Made by a program: the position numbers and the translations under genes | Notes under the pieces: generated by a model | The model's input: only the letters and a program-made list of their open reading frames with translations | Told to the model about the DNA's origin: nothing | Databases searched by the model: none | Source of the DNA: Paragordius varius | Lineage: Eukaryota; Animalia; Nematomorpha | NCBI GenBank assembly: GCA_964247055.1 | Contig: OZ176052.1 | Location: 3,906,001-3,970,000, forward strand | Direction: 5' to 3' | DNA: 64,000 bases | In this document: positions 1 through 13,997 of the stretch, in pieces | Layout: the number at the start of each line of letters is the position of its first letter | Position numbering within the stretch: the first letter of the stretch is position 1

Positions 1-60
1 AATATTTGTTGACCACCTAGTTTTTGAAATATTGAGAGAAAATATTTGGGCAAATAGATA
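1..60 (+). repeat. Fragment of the foldback family seen at 40060-41065
   Basis: tttgttgaccacctagtttttgaaatattgagagaaaa closely matches the reverse complement of ~40945-40990 (tttgttgacgatctagtttttgaaatattgagaaaaaa). Confidence 0.6.
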
Positions 61-582
61 GTTTTTAATTAATATTTTAATAGTTTACATAACTTATTGA
101 AAATATTCTGTTGAACAATTGCGACATTCATCCTTATCAACATGTGTGGTCACTTAATTTTTGGGCGAGACAAACGTTAATATACAATCATGACGCCGAA
201 ATTATAAATAGATTGCGATGTTAAAGGTACAAAATATGTATTAACGTTTTTTTATCATACATCAACGATGGTATTTTTTTAAAGTATACCTTAGCGCCGA
301 ATATAGCATATCTTTTATTAAAACACACTCAAATTTTTACTTTTTTTAGAATATTTCATTCCGTAATTTCTAATTTCGTATACGCAACCCATATATTTAT
401 TATTTCATGAACATTTATTGGATTATTTGAGAGATATTAATTTTAAAAATAAAAAAACTCATAAATTAACAAATTTTTTGCAAATTTTCAATATGGGTTG
501 GTAAAATTACAAAAGTATTAATTTTCACATATCAAAAGTTTTGAATTAGGGTTTGAATGGTTGCTTCTTGCATATCTTATCC

Positions 583-3500
583 TCAACCTAAATAAAATTT
601 ATATTGGTTAATAAAACAAATTATTCTAAGAGCTAATTTTTATTTATAAACTATACCTCTTGGTGGTGGTCCATCATCTCTACCGCCTCTCCCGCCACCT
701 CTACCACCATTTCTTCCATTATTGCCCCGCCCTAAAAATAGATACGATTTTTCAAAGTTAAGAGATATGGATCTGAATTTAATCTATGGTTTTAATTATG
801 CTTCTTTAAAATATTCTTGAATGTAAAATAGTTTGCATTAGATAGCTAAATGTATATTCTTGCGGATTTTTTTGTATAAAAAAGTAATAGATTCCAAAAT
901 TTTTATGTCATTGTTAATTTAATTATAAACAATTTGTCACCGCTGGTATCGAAAATTGTATATTTAAAACGATTCTTAAAAATTATAAATCAACTTCGAT
1001 TCTAATTTTTTTATTTAACTAAATCATAGGTTATGGAAGCGGTTTCTAAATATGTTTATAATGTAATTGATTGTGACTAAGCACTTTTAATCCGGTTCCA
1101 AAACCGGTTAAAATAGAGCATAGGATAACTTAAATATCGAAATATCAGAAATTCAAAGAATGCGATCGTTTTTACTTAAATAAATTTTATAAGAGTGACT
1201 ATTATTTATATTTACGATCATCCGTAAAAAGTTCAATTTATGATTATTAACATAAATTATAAACAAAATATGTCGTTGCTAAATAATGCTTTGATTGTTA
1301 CAAATTAGTTTTGATAACATTTGAATCTATGTAAGAAAAAATTCCAAAAGTTTGATATGATTAAAACATCATCCATAGCGCAATTTTTAATACGCCTAAA
1401 TGTAATAATTAACTATCTAATTTATATTGCTATGAAATTGTTGTCAGTTTTACAAAATAAGATGCCGACATAATTAGATTTTTTTGATACTTGTCGTTTC
1501 AAATTTTTATATAAATAAAAGATATATTTATTTATATAAGTATAATATCGATAAATTGCATTATTTTTCAGAAATTATTAATTATATTGATATTAGAGAC
1601 AGCCAATTTTTTCAAATTAAAATTAATTATACAAATATTAAATAATTTTAAAGTGATTTTTCTAAGAGACCATCTCTTTTATGGGGATTACGATATTGAT
1701 TTGCTTAGTTTATTCAGAATTTTTTCTTTAATAGATTTGTAAATTTCTTTATTATATTTTTGATCGAAATAGGCAATATAAATTATTGGCAAATTATTCT
1801 TAAATTTTTTATTTTTACTGATGTTTACATAAAAATATTTATATTATAATGAATATTTGGTAATATAAATTATTTTACCTGATCTTGGGTTTGGGTTTCC
1901 TCCTCCAATTCCTATTTTAAGAAACAATTATAAAATTATAAGTAAAATTTTTTTGCCCTAAATAAATTCTTATGAGTAATATATTTATCCTGCTTAATAT
2001 CTATTTATTATTCAGTGAAATTATATTAATTTTTTGTGAATTTTATCATTTTAGTAAAGACCTACGATTACTATCGGGCTATCTAGAATATAAAACGAGA
2101 TTCTATAATAATAGTCATTATTGATGTGGAGCCCTTATAAATTGTTAAATTTATTAACTCATGATGCCAATTTTTCAAGCACATAAGGGTCATAACAAAA
2201 AGTTTCGGTCAACATTATTAATTATAAAACAAATCTATTATATAAATTTTGGAGTATACCTCCTGGATCTCTGATTGGGCCCCCCAAAATCGGAACTCTA
2301 ATCGGACCCCCCAAAATTGAACTTCCCGGAATCGGGCCTCCAGGAATAGGACCTCCTATGCCTATAATTTAAAAATATTTCTATTATAAAGCAAATAATT
2401 ACAGTATACATTTTAATAGTTGCTTATTTCACATTATAGTAGGGCAATTGGAACACAGTAGTGTATGGATAGAAGAAAGGAAAAATATGTTTATTTAACA
2501 TTTAGTTTTTTTCATACACTACTGTGTTGCAAATTGGCCTACTATAGTGTGCTATAAGCAACCATTAAAATGCATACTGTAATTATGGACAATGTATTCA
2601 AAACTCTACTATTTTACAAACCAATAATAATATGAATAAGCCAGCATAAATGTGCATACTGTAATACTTCATTAGCAAAATTGAGATATTTTAGACGCTC
2701 TAAACTATTAATATCAAAGGCAATTAAATACCCGGAATCGGATTAGCTCCTGGAATTAAATTCGAGACTCCTCCAATCACACCTATATAGAGATAAAATT
2801 ATTAAAAAAATATATAGACTTGCTGTTTACCGGTTTAGTGTATTTTCAAAGAAGATTTTTTGGTAGATCAAAATTTAGAATATTTTTTGCTAAAAACGTT
2901 TTTTCGTACTAAAAATATTTGATACATTAGTGAAACTTTCATCTTATATCTATAAATTAAGCCTGTATGGTTAATTTGATAAAATAAATCAAGTGAGTAA
3001 TAATTAATTTTCATGATGTTTGGTTTTAAACTGTAAAAACTCTGCTGTAGTAGTAATTTGAAGCTATAGTTTTTATCAACAAAAATGTTAAATAATTATT
3101 AACTAAACCAAATATGAAATTAACTGTTCAAATTGGTTCTAATAGTGTCAAACATATCAAAAGCGTCAGAAATATATTAAAAATAGGTTTCGTAGCTATA
3201 TTTTATATATATTTTAATTCTATGTATGTTTTTTTTAAAGTTTTTGATTGCTATTTTTATGAGCGGTCACACTCCTGATACATTTATAATGGGTTTAGCC
3301 ATTTAAGTGTTATTTAAAGTATATACCAACTCATTGTGATAAGAAGTTTTTAATATGTAATATTAAGATATACCAGATATTTGGTTGGTTAATCCGGACA
3401 AATCTATAACACCATAAACAAATAAACAATTTATTATCTATAATTAACTAGTTTAATTCCTAATTGTCATATTTTATTAAATAGTTGGTATATAAAAATT

Positions 3501-5286
3501 TAAAGTCCCCATAATCTTATATCAAAGTTATCAAATAACTACATGAGTTATCGATTATGATTGCGCTAACTCCATATTAGCGAAATAATCGAAATCTAAA
3601 CAGCTGCTGATCACTATTACGGCTTAAACTTTCAATAATATGGCGCTAAGCATTTAAACAAGAAAATGAATAAGGTGAAACTAAAAGCTTCATTAATTTT
3701 TTGATTTCACACGCGTTATTAAAAAAAATTGGTAAGATAAAATTCAGACTATAAAACATTTGTATTCGATTTGCCCAATTTATTTAATTTAGTCCTGGTA
3801 TTGTAATAAGGGAAATATTAAATTTTATAAGGATAATTATATTAATTTTCAAATATGTTCTAATTTAATAGATTCTGTATTTCTTTTATAATATTTAAAA
3901 TTTAGAAAATTATTCACTTAATGTAGAGCCTGATTTTAGATAAACTAAAAAACATAAGGTATGTTTAAATCCCATATTACAAAATCGTTTTTTATATTTT
4001 TTAATATAATTTTGTCAGAATTTTTTTAGATTTTAGAAAGTCTGAATTTCAGAAGAGTTAAATGGAAGGTATTTTAATTGCTATTGATATATTACAGATA
4101 TATGGTAATGTGAATATATTTTAGTTTATAATATCTGATAATCAGCTGATTGCACAAACCATTAGTATCCCAATAGATATAAAAAGCCCCAAAAAATATA
4201 ATTTTCAAAAAATAAATAAAAATATGGTAAAATTTTGTAATAGTTACCCGGGATAAGATTGGAGCCTGGATATTTTATATAACATATATGATACAATAAA
4301 TAAAATTTAACAGAAAAAATATCAATCAACATTTTTCAAAGATAATACTAATAATTCAAAATTATTAGCATAAAACAATTAACAGTGTAAATATTTTTTC
4401 TTTTGACTGTTTGTAAACTGAGTATATCAATTCAAATAATAAAAATTTGGTAAAAATAATAATAATTATAACCCAGAGATAAGAGATTCCCGCCACTAGC
4501 ACCACCACCTAATATTAGTAAGATTATGTAAAATAATATTATTGCTAAAACATTGTTTGCATTTTTATAAATTTATTTACAAATACTCTTATTGAAAATT
4601 TTTTTAATATCGCTTTCTATCTTATCATATGACTGTGATGATCAAATTAAGATATAATAAATAAAAATTTTTACGCTTTTCGGAAAAAAATTATTAAAAA
4701 TTAAGATTTAGTCATGAATACGGTTCCTATTTACTGATATATCTTTAGCATATTAATACAAAATTTATAAACCTAAAAATCAATAATACTGATCAATGTG
4801 TTGGTGATTTTCAATTGACATTTAATAAACATTTAACAAAATGTCCATTTACTTATATTTACACTATTAATTTAACTTTTTATAAGCTAATGAAAAACAT
4901 TAACTTTTTTCATATTATAAATTTTTTTGCATTAAAAAATACTAAAATTAGATGCTAAAATTGGAAATAATACCACCAATATTGGGGATTCCTGCCAATG
5001 GATTGCTAATTCCGGAGCCCAAACCGCCCAATCCGCCCAGACCACCCAAGCCTCCAAGACCGCCTAGCCCACCTACTAAAAAAATTAAAATTTATTTTTT
5101 GCCTTTATAAAACATTGTTTATAAACCAAACTTATTCTTAACGGTAAATAGCTAAGAATTATCATTTAAATTATAGGGTAAGTAGTTTTAAATAATGATC
5201 ACAGATAAATAAAATTTACTTTGGCACATGGATAATCCTATCAGGATGGCACAAATCACTAAGTTATGGGTAATCTTAGAATACAT
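583..5286 (-). CDS. Secreted glycine/proline-rich low-complexity protein (~172 aa) encoded by micro-exons
   Basis: Exons in transcript order: 5286-5220 (MYSKITHNLVICAILIGLSMCQ, signal-peptide-like), 5075-4974 (GGL repeats), 4508-4473, 4265-4248, 3403-3374, 2782-2732, 2361-2260, 1911-1879, 731-657, 587-583 (GT TGA). All have AG/GT boundaries and phase-1 junctions and join into a 519-nt stop-free CDS. The 18-nt, 30-nt and terminal exons are the least certain. Confidence 0.8.
2402..2579. mobile_element. Tc1/mariner-type hairpin MITE (TA-CAGTA...TACTG-TA)
   Basis: ~70-bp imperfect inverted arms (2402-2469 and 2512-2579) with flanking TA, in an intron of the Gly-rich gene. Confidence 0.75.
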
Positions 5287-8200
5287 TTTTTTGCAAAGAA
5301 ATTTTTTAAAAATGAATTAAAAGTTTTTCTTTTATACTTTTTTTCACGACATTAAAATTATTTTTAAATCAAACTCATCAATAACAAATAATCGCTTTGC
5401 CGGAACACATTTCAAATGTCAGGTTCAACCGCAGTAATATATACATATATATTTATTCAAAGTTTTCTACAAAAAGTTATAAATAAAATGTCTGCTTTGA
5501 CATGCAAACCACGCTCTGAAATACTAAAGACTTTTATCTTTATTTGCATACATAATGACATTCAGATTTTGCCAAAAAATTGACAACGGTATCTAAAATA
5601 TGATGATATGATATCAATGGCATATGTATCATCTTTTTTAGTTACATGCAGCATTTTTGTTTTTTACCTGTGTCAAAATTGATGACATTTTTGACAAGAT
5701 AATATATTTGTTTTGACATCTAAACAAACTCCTGTCAAAACTTCTTGATTTAAATAAATATAAAATGATTAAAAATTTGACATATGTTTTTAGTTTAGAC
5801 CTAACAATCAAAACATAAGAGGTGATGCGAGTTTTTTTCCAAAGGGTAATCTTGGTGCATCTGACGCCGAATGCTTTTTTAGGATAAAAAGCTAATGGAA
5901 TAAAACTTTATCTGTTAGGTATAAGGCTTAAAATATTACAAAATAATAGCGAAAGTATAGAAATATAAAAGTTTAGGGGTGGGCCTTGGGATTAATTGGT
6001 TCAAAAATCATTATTAAAATTTTTAAATCGCCAATCTTAGCTTTTAAGATAGGTTAGCCTTATATTGTCACTTAGCTAGGTCATGAACATGGCCCTTTTA
6101 ATAAAAAAATCCCTGTAACCCAAAATTAGGAATAAGTTAATGCAGCTTCCTGCGCGTTAAAGTATAAGCGGCTTATTTATTAAGTTGTGTCTACTGGCAC
6201 AAAAGGGTACTCCATAATCAACTTTTTATCTTTAGTTAATAGTTAACAGCAATTAAAATGAACAGGATATTTGTTTTAGAGTAATCAATTTTTTATCTAA
6301 AAGTCTTAAATAAATACTTTTTTATGAACTGTAATTAATGGATGGCAATGACTACTTTTACCCCAAAGATGATACAACTGTATTTTTTAAATGGTTTGGA
6401 CTGCTAATTTCAAACTTGTACTGTCAATATTTATAATAGTTTTAAGCTTTTAAGATCAATTTAAAGTAAAGAATATTTGTATGATTGTTTTGATTCCATA
6501 GAACTACTCAAAATTTATTGCCAAGCCTGAGAATGATCCAAAGGTTCTCTTCTTGCATAATTACCTCTGAAAAAAGCCCTTCTGAAAAATTTTATTGGTG
6601 CAAAAGCTTATTGGATAAGACTTTGGTCTTAAATTGTATTTTACAAATTATAAAAAGATTCCTTAAATAAATAATATCATGGGAAATTTTTAACGGTAAT
6701 CTAAATTCGTATCATTTTGTTTTTTTGTTTGCAATCATTTTGGCTTTGAGTGAAGGCAAAACCTTACCCATTAGAAATCATTTATTGCTTATCAGTGAAA
6801 TTTTTCTAAAAATGCCGGGCTTTTAGGCCCAGGTACACCACCCATAAGATAAATTGATGCATGTTCTCATACAAATATAAAATTTTAATAGACATATTAA
6901 AAATCACTGTTCCGAACCCCAATTGGTACGGTTCCACCATTAGAAACAGTTTAATCAAATGCGTCCAGTTTTGCAAATTTTCGAATACATTATTTTTCCA
7001 TCAAATGGTTCAAATTGGGTTTCACTATTTAGAATCTAGAATGACCTATTATTTCGATACAATGAGGATTAGATGTCACAAAGAGTATATAAACTATTAA
7101 GCCAGTTTTTATGCTGATTATCCTAAAATCAAATCACATGATTCAAATAAAATAGCAGAAAAAAAATATAAAAATAAGTTAGGTAACCAAAAATTCAAAA
7201 AAATAGAAAGTAATTTAAAAATTTATTTTTTTCCGTTTAGAATCTCGGTTATATTTCCAAAAACGCTTGCGGAAACGTTTTAGATAATTATTTATTTGGT
7301 TCCAAAGTATCAAATACCTAAGTAAGCCTTATCATTTTTGTCTACATCTTACCTTACATTATAAGGCCACTTTAGAAAATAATAGTGATGACAACAGATC
7401 TATTTATCTTTGTTTATCTTGAGATCACAATTAAACATTACATATTATTTCAGTTAGATTTATTTTTTGTTAGCAGATTAATGTCGGTTGTAAATCTTAT
7501 TTTTTTGTTCAGATATCCTTATTGTATTACATAGCGCCCAAAATCGGTGGGTATAAAAAACTCGCGGGCTGCGTATTTACTACCCTTGCTTTACATCAAT
7601 CAAATCATAAAATATGATATATACATTCAGCGGCTTTAACCCTTTATCAAAAATCAGTGATGTTTTAAAGACTTAAGTATAATGGATATAAATATTCACA
7701 TAATATTTTAAAGCGGAAAAGGATGTTAAATAAGCATTTAATTAAGATTGTAATTGGATTTTTGCATATATTAAATAAATTAAAATCTTCACGGACTGAT
7801 CAAAATGTCGCGAAGAGCCGCATGCAGTTATTAATATTCGAAAATTTATCAACCTATACAAATAAATGTTATTAATAAAGGGTAAATTAAAATTAAATTA
7901 TTTATTTTTGCAGTAAAATAATAAGTTTTTTCATCTGAACGTCAATGTATATATCTGCTAAATCATTCGTGTAATAGGATAAATTACGCAAATATTGAAT
8001 ATTAGACAATTTGTCTAATACACCTTGAATCGTAATACTTGAGAATTATAGAATTCTCTATATTATACTGATTTGATCTAAATATCAAATTATTTTTAGT
8101 GAATAAATGGCTTAATGTTATAATTTTGTTTATAAATAAAATCTAATCATTGCAAAACAAACACATGATATTTTATTAAAACATATAAAATATCCAAAAT

Positions 8201-11200
8201 ACATGGAATTAGACTAAATAATTGTGAATTTTTCAAAGTTTGAAAAAAGATTTGATTTTATATGCCAAATATTCAAGAATCTATATCAATGTAAGTAATT
8301 TCATTAAAAATATCCTTTCAATGTTTTAAAGAGTAATGAAAGTCAGTATAGTTTGTAAGATGAGTTAAGCTTAAGTCAATTCATTATAATTTATTAAAAG
8401 TAACCCCTATGATCTTTTAATTTATTTATTGTAAATTTAATCATTATCAAATTCTCCACAAATAAAACAGCTACATTTTTTTAATTAAATTTATTTGTTG
8501 TTAATAATATAATACATATATATATATATATATATATTCTATGTTTAATGTCTGATTTATATATTTATCGTTGGTTGCTATATATAGCTTTATTTTAATT
8601 TCCATTTCAAAGAAATTCTTAAGATTGGTTAATCTTAAGAAATATTTTTTTCTAATTTCAAATAAATTTATTAAAGCCTTAGCATGGTAAAAAAATTTGT
8701 TATCCGATTACATATTAATATATGTCTTTTTATGAATAATATCACACTTATATGGTATCTTAAAAGGATTTAAGGTACAAAATTCTATGGAAAAAACATA
8801 TAAATTTAACAAGTTTAACAAACGTTCAAATATTAAATATAATGATCTCTAAGCAGTTACAAAATACATGATACAATCGATTAAAATATCACTATTGTTT
8901 AGAATTTAATTCTGTTTCTAACTTTATAACAATTAGTGCTAAATGAAGACACATGAGCGGTTTTTTCCAAAAATTATGATAACATTTTCAGGATTAAATA
9001 ATTATAGATTACACAAAGAGGGGAATATTTATCATTCCTTAATCAACCTAATCCTTATCAGTACCCAAATTCTTTGACATCTCTTCCTTAATAAATTGTT
9101 TTATAATTATATTACTACAAATTTTTTGTAAACCAATGTGATATGTTAGGATAAGTATAATATATGATCATTTACCATATACAATAAAGTAAAACCAAAT
9201 AATTTCTTATTTTTTTCAGTTTCTAATATTATTATTTGTCGTAAAGTCTATTGGATTTGAACTCCTTCCTAATAAATTCAATTTCATTCCATTCCATATA
9301 TAGACGTGGGGACGCATTGTGATGAGTTGTGTTATATGTTGTGGTCATAATATGATAAATGTTTAATAAATAAAAATAAAATAAAATAAAAAGAAAAGAA
9401 AAAAATTAATAAATTAATGCGTTTAACTACTAAGATGAACTGCTCCTTAAGATGTCTCTCTGATATACATGAAAAGGATGATTTTTGTGGTATTTTGTTT
9501 TTTTTTCGTCCAAAAAGATACAGGTTTTAACCACAAAAAATGTTATTGTTAAAATTTTAAAATTCGTTTATAAGTTATTATTGATGATTCCCATTATATA
9601 TATATATATGATATATATATTTAGATATATAGATCTGCTAATGGGAAGAAAATTGTGAAATTTTACTATATTTAATCAAATCATAATATTATCAAAATTA
9701 ATAAAAAAAATAATATATACGCATGTTTTTGACATATTTCAGACTAACCAAGGATCTCTAACTCATCCTTTCATTATTTTATCTCATCACTGTATAATAA
9801 CATTATATAATGATAAAAAAGGGAAACCTCAAAATTTAATCAATTTTCATATTTTTTTCTCTCGTTCTATCCTTTATTAAAGTTAAGTGATGAAAGTTCT
9901 CCAAGCTTGTAGCTAACTAACCACAAGCTTAAATTATTAATACATTTTTAATAAAATTAATTTAATATATGGCTAAAAATGAAAAAATGGAATATTATAT
10001 ATATATGTGAAAAGTTTATCAATTTTGAGAGTTGAGATATGTATGTATGTGTGTGTATATGTTGAAATTATATTAGGTTAACCAATAAAATATGGAAAAA
10101 GTATCTGAAAAAAAACCAAATGTGATGTCTATTAAATTTTGGTGGTGTTGTCTCAAAAGGTTAAAATATCATAAAAACATGAATGAGATTTAAAAAATAT
10201 TATTTTATTAATTTATTCTCTAAAAAATGAAATATTTTAGTATTTTTATTTTGAAAAAGTATTTTTAGAAATATTTTATTTACCTTTAGCTAGAATCTCC
10301 CATATATATACATATATTATTTTTGAAATCAATCCATAAACTGTAAAATCCAATAAATCGACCCTAAGATATTGTCCCCGAAATGAATCCATCGTTTTAA
10401 AGTATGACAGATAAATGTGAAAATAAAAATTATATAAAAAATATAAAAAATAGAATATGTCACTAATACATACAATATTCTCTCCTGTTTATATCCTTGC
10501 ATATTCAATTACTTCGTTATAACAAAAATTATAATAATAACAATATTATGAGTATCCTACACTATAAACTGTGAGAGATAATGCAAAAATCCTTGCTTCT
10601 TGTATGCATAACTAACTCTCAAAATCATTTATAATATGGTGTTATTAGAATGGTAACGACTCATTCTGCATTTAAATGAGGTAACTATTTAGTACAATAT
10701 ATATTTAGATAGATACATAAAATATCATCATTATCGAATATCATGGTATGTTCAAGTTAAATGTCGTTTGAGAATAGCAAGGCTTATTAAAGTCTCTTTC
10801 AGTGATATTTAATTGATAAGTTAATGGCTTTTTCCGCAGCATTTCGAAATCATTTAATTTATACTTTATAAGTTCTTTTGATTGGTAAAATACAATTAGG
10901 ATAATAATCGGAAAATAAAATTTACTATTGAAATTTTTATAAACCCCATTTTATAAATGTGTTAATATACAAAATGTATAACGGTTGAATTACTAAATGG
11001 GTTCAAATTAATAAAAATTATGAATTTCTGATGCTTTTGAATTAATCCAAGCGATCAATACGATTAAAAATAATTTATAACAAAAATACAAATATATAGA
11101 ATAGGCTTTTTAGGTAGGAATTAAATTAAAACTCATGAATTGAACACTCGTTTAAACGGTTGATATGACGGAATGGTTGGTGGTAGATTCTAAGTCTAAA

Positions 11201-11364
11201 TAAAAAGAATTTTGGGAATTATAAGGCCCACACCCTTAATTCTTTTATTTTAAGCTTCATAAAAAACGATTTCTTACTCCCTGATCTAATAATCTACAGA
11301 TAATTATTTCGACCATATTCTTCGAATTCATTCGCTTAAAATAATATAATCAATAGGCTGAGCG

Positions 11365-11425
11365 TAAATCCAAAAAAGCCGCCCTAAAAGATGGTGGCTA
11401 GATATTCTCAAAGCCTTACTCCTCC
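11365..11425 (+). mobile_element. Possible RTE-type LINE 3' remnant
   Basis: Translates to KSRPKRWWLDILKAL, resembling the RTE C-terminal GRPxKRWxD motif. Very short match. Confidence 0.35.
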
Positions 11426-13731
11426 TTAAATGATTCGGAATTGCCATGATCGTTCAAAATGGAAACAAAATCTTTAACAAAAGCAAAAAAATTCCTGCGC
11501 AAATAGCCTATAACCAATACACATAGTAGAAGATTAAAATTTTCAACCCTTTAAAGTTTAGGGTGTCTGTCTAACGCCATATGTGCGAAATGAATGCATA
11601 GAAAAGATTAAGCATACGAAGTATCGTCACTACTTGATGATTTTTGAACAATAGTCGGTTTGGACGCTAAGCTTTTATATGTAATGCCAATTGTATATAT
11701 AATATATTTATTAATATATTGAAATTTAGCTTTATTCTTATAAATATATAAAGTTGTAGGATATAGTGATGATAATCTTGTGTATTTTGGATTTTTCCGA
11801 TTTAATTAAAAGGCATTTAACCAAATATATACTAGTACCGTAATAAATTAATATCCATACAAATATCAATAACTATTTAGACAAGAATGTTATTTATCAT
11901 TAGTCGACAACTATAAAAAAATATTGAATTTCGCGAACCCATAGTATATTAATAATGACATAGTTAAAACCCTTTGAATATCCATGAAATCACATCTTGG
12001 TTCTTATTTAAGAAGCAATTGACTTCGTTGGATCAAGTCTTCGAAATTCTCTGATTCCAATTCTAAAATTTTAGGAATGATTTTTGTTTCTATATTTTGA
12101 GATGCAATTTAAACCCTTGAGGAATTAGTCAAGTTTTATTAGCCTTAAAGAGGTGGTTCCTAAGAATAGAAGAATACACTAAATATCGTTGCTTAAAATA
12201 CTAAAAATATCTTTGGCAAGGTTTTTATGAAAAGTCACTATATATTATATTATAAAAAATACACATCTTAAATTTTTGATTATACTTTCCTTCCAATCAA
12301 AGAAAACTCTTTGATAGGACCAAAAAAAGATGGTACACAAATATAGTATTAATTTATGTATTTACTAAACCTCAAAATGTTGATTTTGATGGGATATCTA
12401 AGCAATTAAGTTTATGCATCGAAGGACATCCATAAAATAAGTCAAATACACACCTTTAATTTTTAAATTATAGCCGAGCAGCACTAAAATATGCTTGATT
12501 AATGCCCCAATATTTAAGTATGGATAAAGTTGGACAGTGATGAAAGACGATTAAAGAATAAATACAGAATTTGAATTTTTCTGCTGGAAAACGTTTTGAA
12601 CATAACATGTAAGTAAGTATAAAACAATCAACAAATACGACCATAATACCATACCTTTCCTAAATGGGAAAAATAGTAAACTAAAGCTATCGTAATTCGA
12701 AAACGTTATCCGAATTTCTTAGAATAATCAATGATGCTGTAACATAAACGGGTACAGAAAAGATGCCGTGGACTTACTCGCTGGTGTGATTTATAGTTCA
12801 CAAAGTCCTCTCTCCATCCCTTGAAACAAATTATTGAAAAGATACAAGAATGGAGAATGTATTTTAAAAATTAATCAAGGTTGACGACGACCCTAAGTAC
12901 ATCATGAAAAAATACGAGGCTAGCTAAGAACCAATCCAAATTTCAAGTGCAAGATTTGGTACCACTTAAAACTTTTCGGCTGTTGTATAAAACCGCACTG
13001 GTTTTACTTACGAGACGACTCTATTAATTTTTGAAATCTTTTAAACCGGTTACGGTTCCAACATGTTTAAAGACTTGGTTAAATATTTTTCCAATTATTA
13101 TTCAAAAAATAAATCTACGAAAATGATATTTAACATAGTGAAAAATTGTATATTTGTTGAACAATGTTATATTATACAGCCAAAATTGTTAAATATTATC
13201 CATATTTTGTGATTTATTTGCTTTTAAGTAAGTGACCACCAATTGACAGGATTACAGAATTTATCATTTCATGAAGTATGTAATTGCAAAATTAATTTGT
13301 CATGTTAACCAAATTAGATTTTATTGACAGTTTCATATGAAATATATATTGAAATGGTAGTTACTTAATAACTCACAGTCAGGGAGATAACCATCAATCA
13401 CAAAAATAAATATGTTACATATATAAAATTATTTGTAATTAATTTTTTGAATTGCATTATACTAGTAAATAAAATTGAACAATAATTATTTCCATCAACA
13501 AAATTTTTATTAATTCACAAATTTAATTTGCAAAGTTCAGATCGCAATTTTTACAAGCGATGCTTTTCAAGGTTCTTAGAAACTTTAATACGTTTACCGG
13601 TTGTGATTTCTGCATCGATGTAAAAACCAAATTTGCAAAAAAGCCATAAAAAATGTCTTGAAAACGGTTTAGAGATAAAAAAAAATCCCTTTATTATATA
13701 TTGTAAAGTTCTTTTAAGTAAGGGTATTTAA

Positions 13732-13951
13732 CACGCCGGCGGAATGCGGCCTTTACATTTTGTGTGTCCGCGAAAAATCGGGAAATCGTCAATGTGTAAA
13801 ATTTGCTTACAAAATTTTGAAAAAATTGATATTTCTTTAATTTTCACAATGTTAATAATTCAAGTAAAAAATATAAAAACATTTTTTTATATCGCTGATG
13901 CTCATTTTTTACATCTCAGATTTTTAATTAATAGGTTTGTTCGCCGGCCGT
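13732..13951. mobile_element. TTAA-flanked MITE, possibly piggyBac-like
   Basis: TTAA-cacgccggcggaa at the left end and ttcgccggccgt-TTAA at the right end form a degenerate TIR. Confidence 0.5.
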
Positions 13952-13997
13952 TTAAGGTAGATATAAAATGTGTTTTATGCAAAATATATGTACTTAA

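Noticed and set aside
1-18. Possible further phase-1 exon (GGQQI) of the Gly-rich gene
   Set aside because: The sequence matches the foldback repeat arm at ~40945-40990, and a nearer GT TGA terminal exon exists at 587-583.
1105-1128. 24-nt symmetric candidate micro-exon (ILCSILT)
   Set aside because: Weak GTTTTG donor and composition unlike the other modules; probably chance, which illustrates the ascertainment risk.
8240-9330. Possible small spliced gene (strong GTAAGT donor at 8291, candidate exons near 9010 and 9220)
   Set aside because: No exon combination gave a convincing ORF; a non-coding transcript cannot be excluded.
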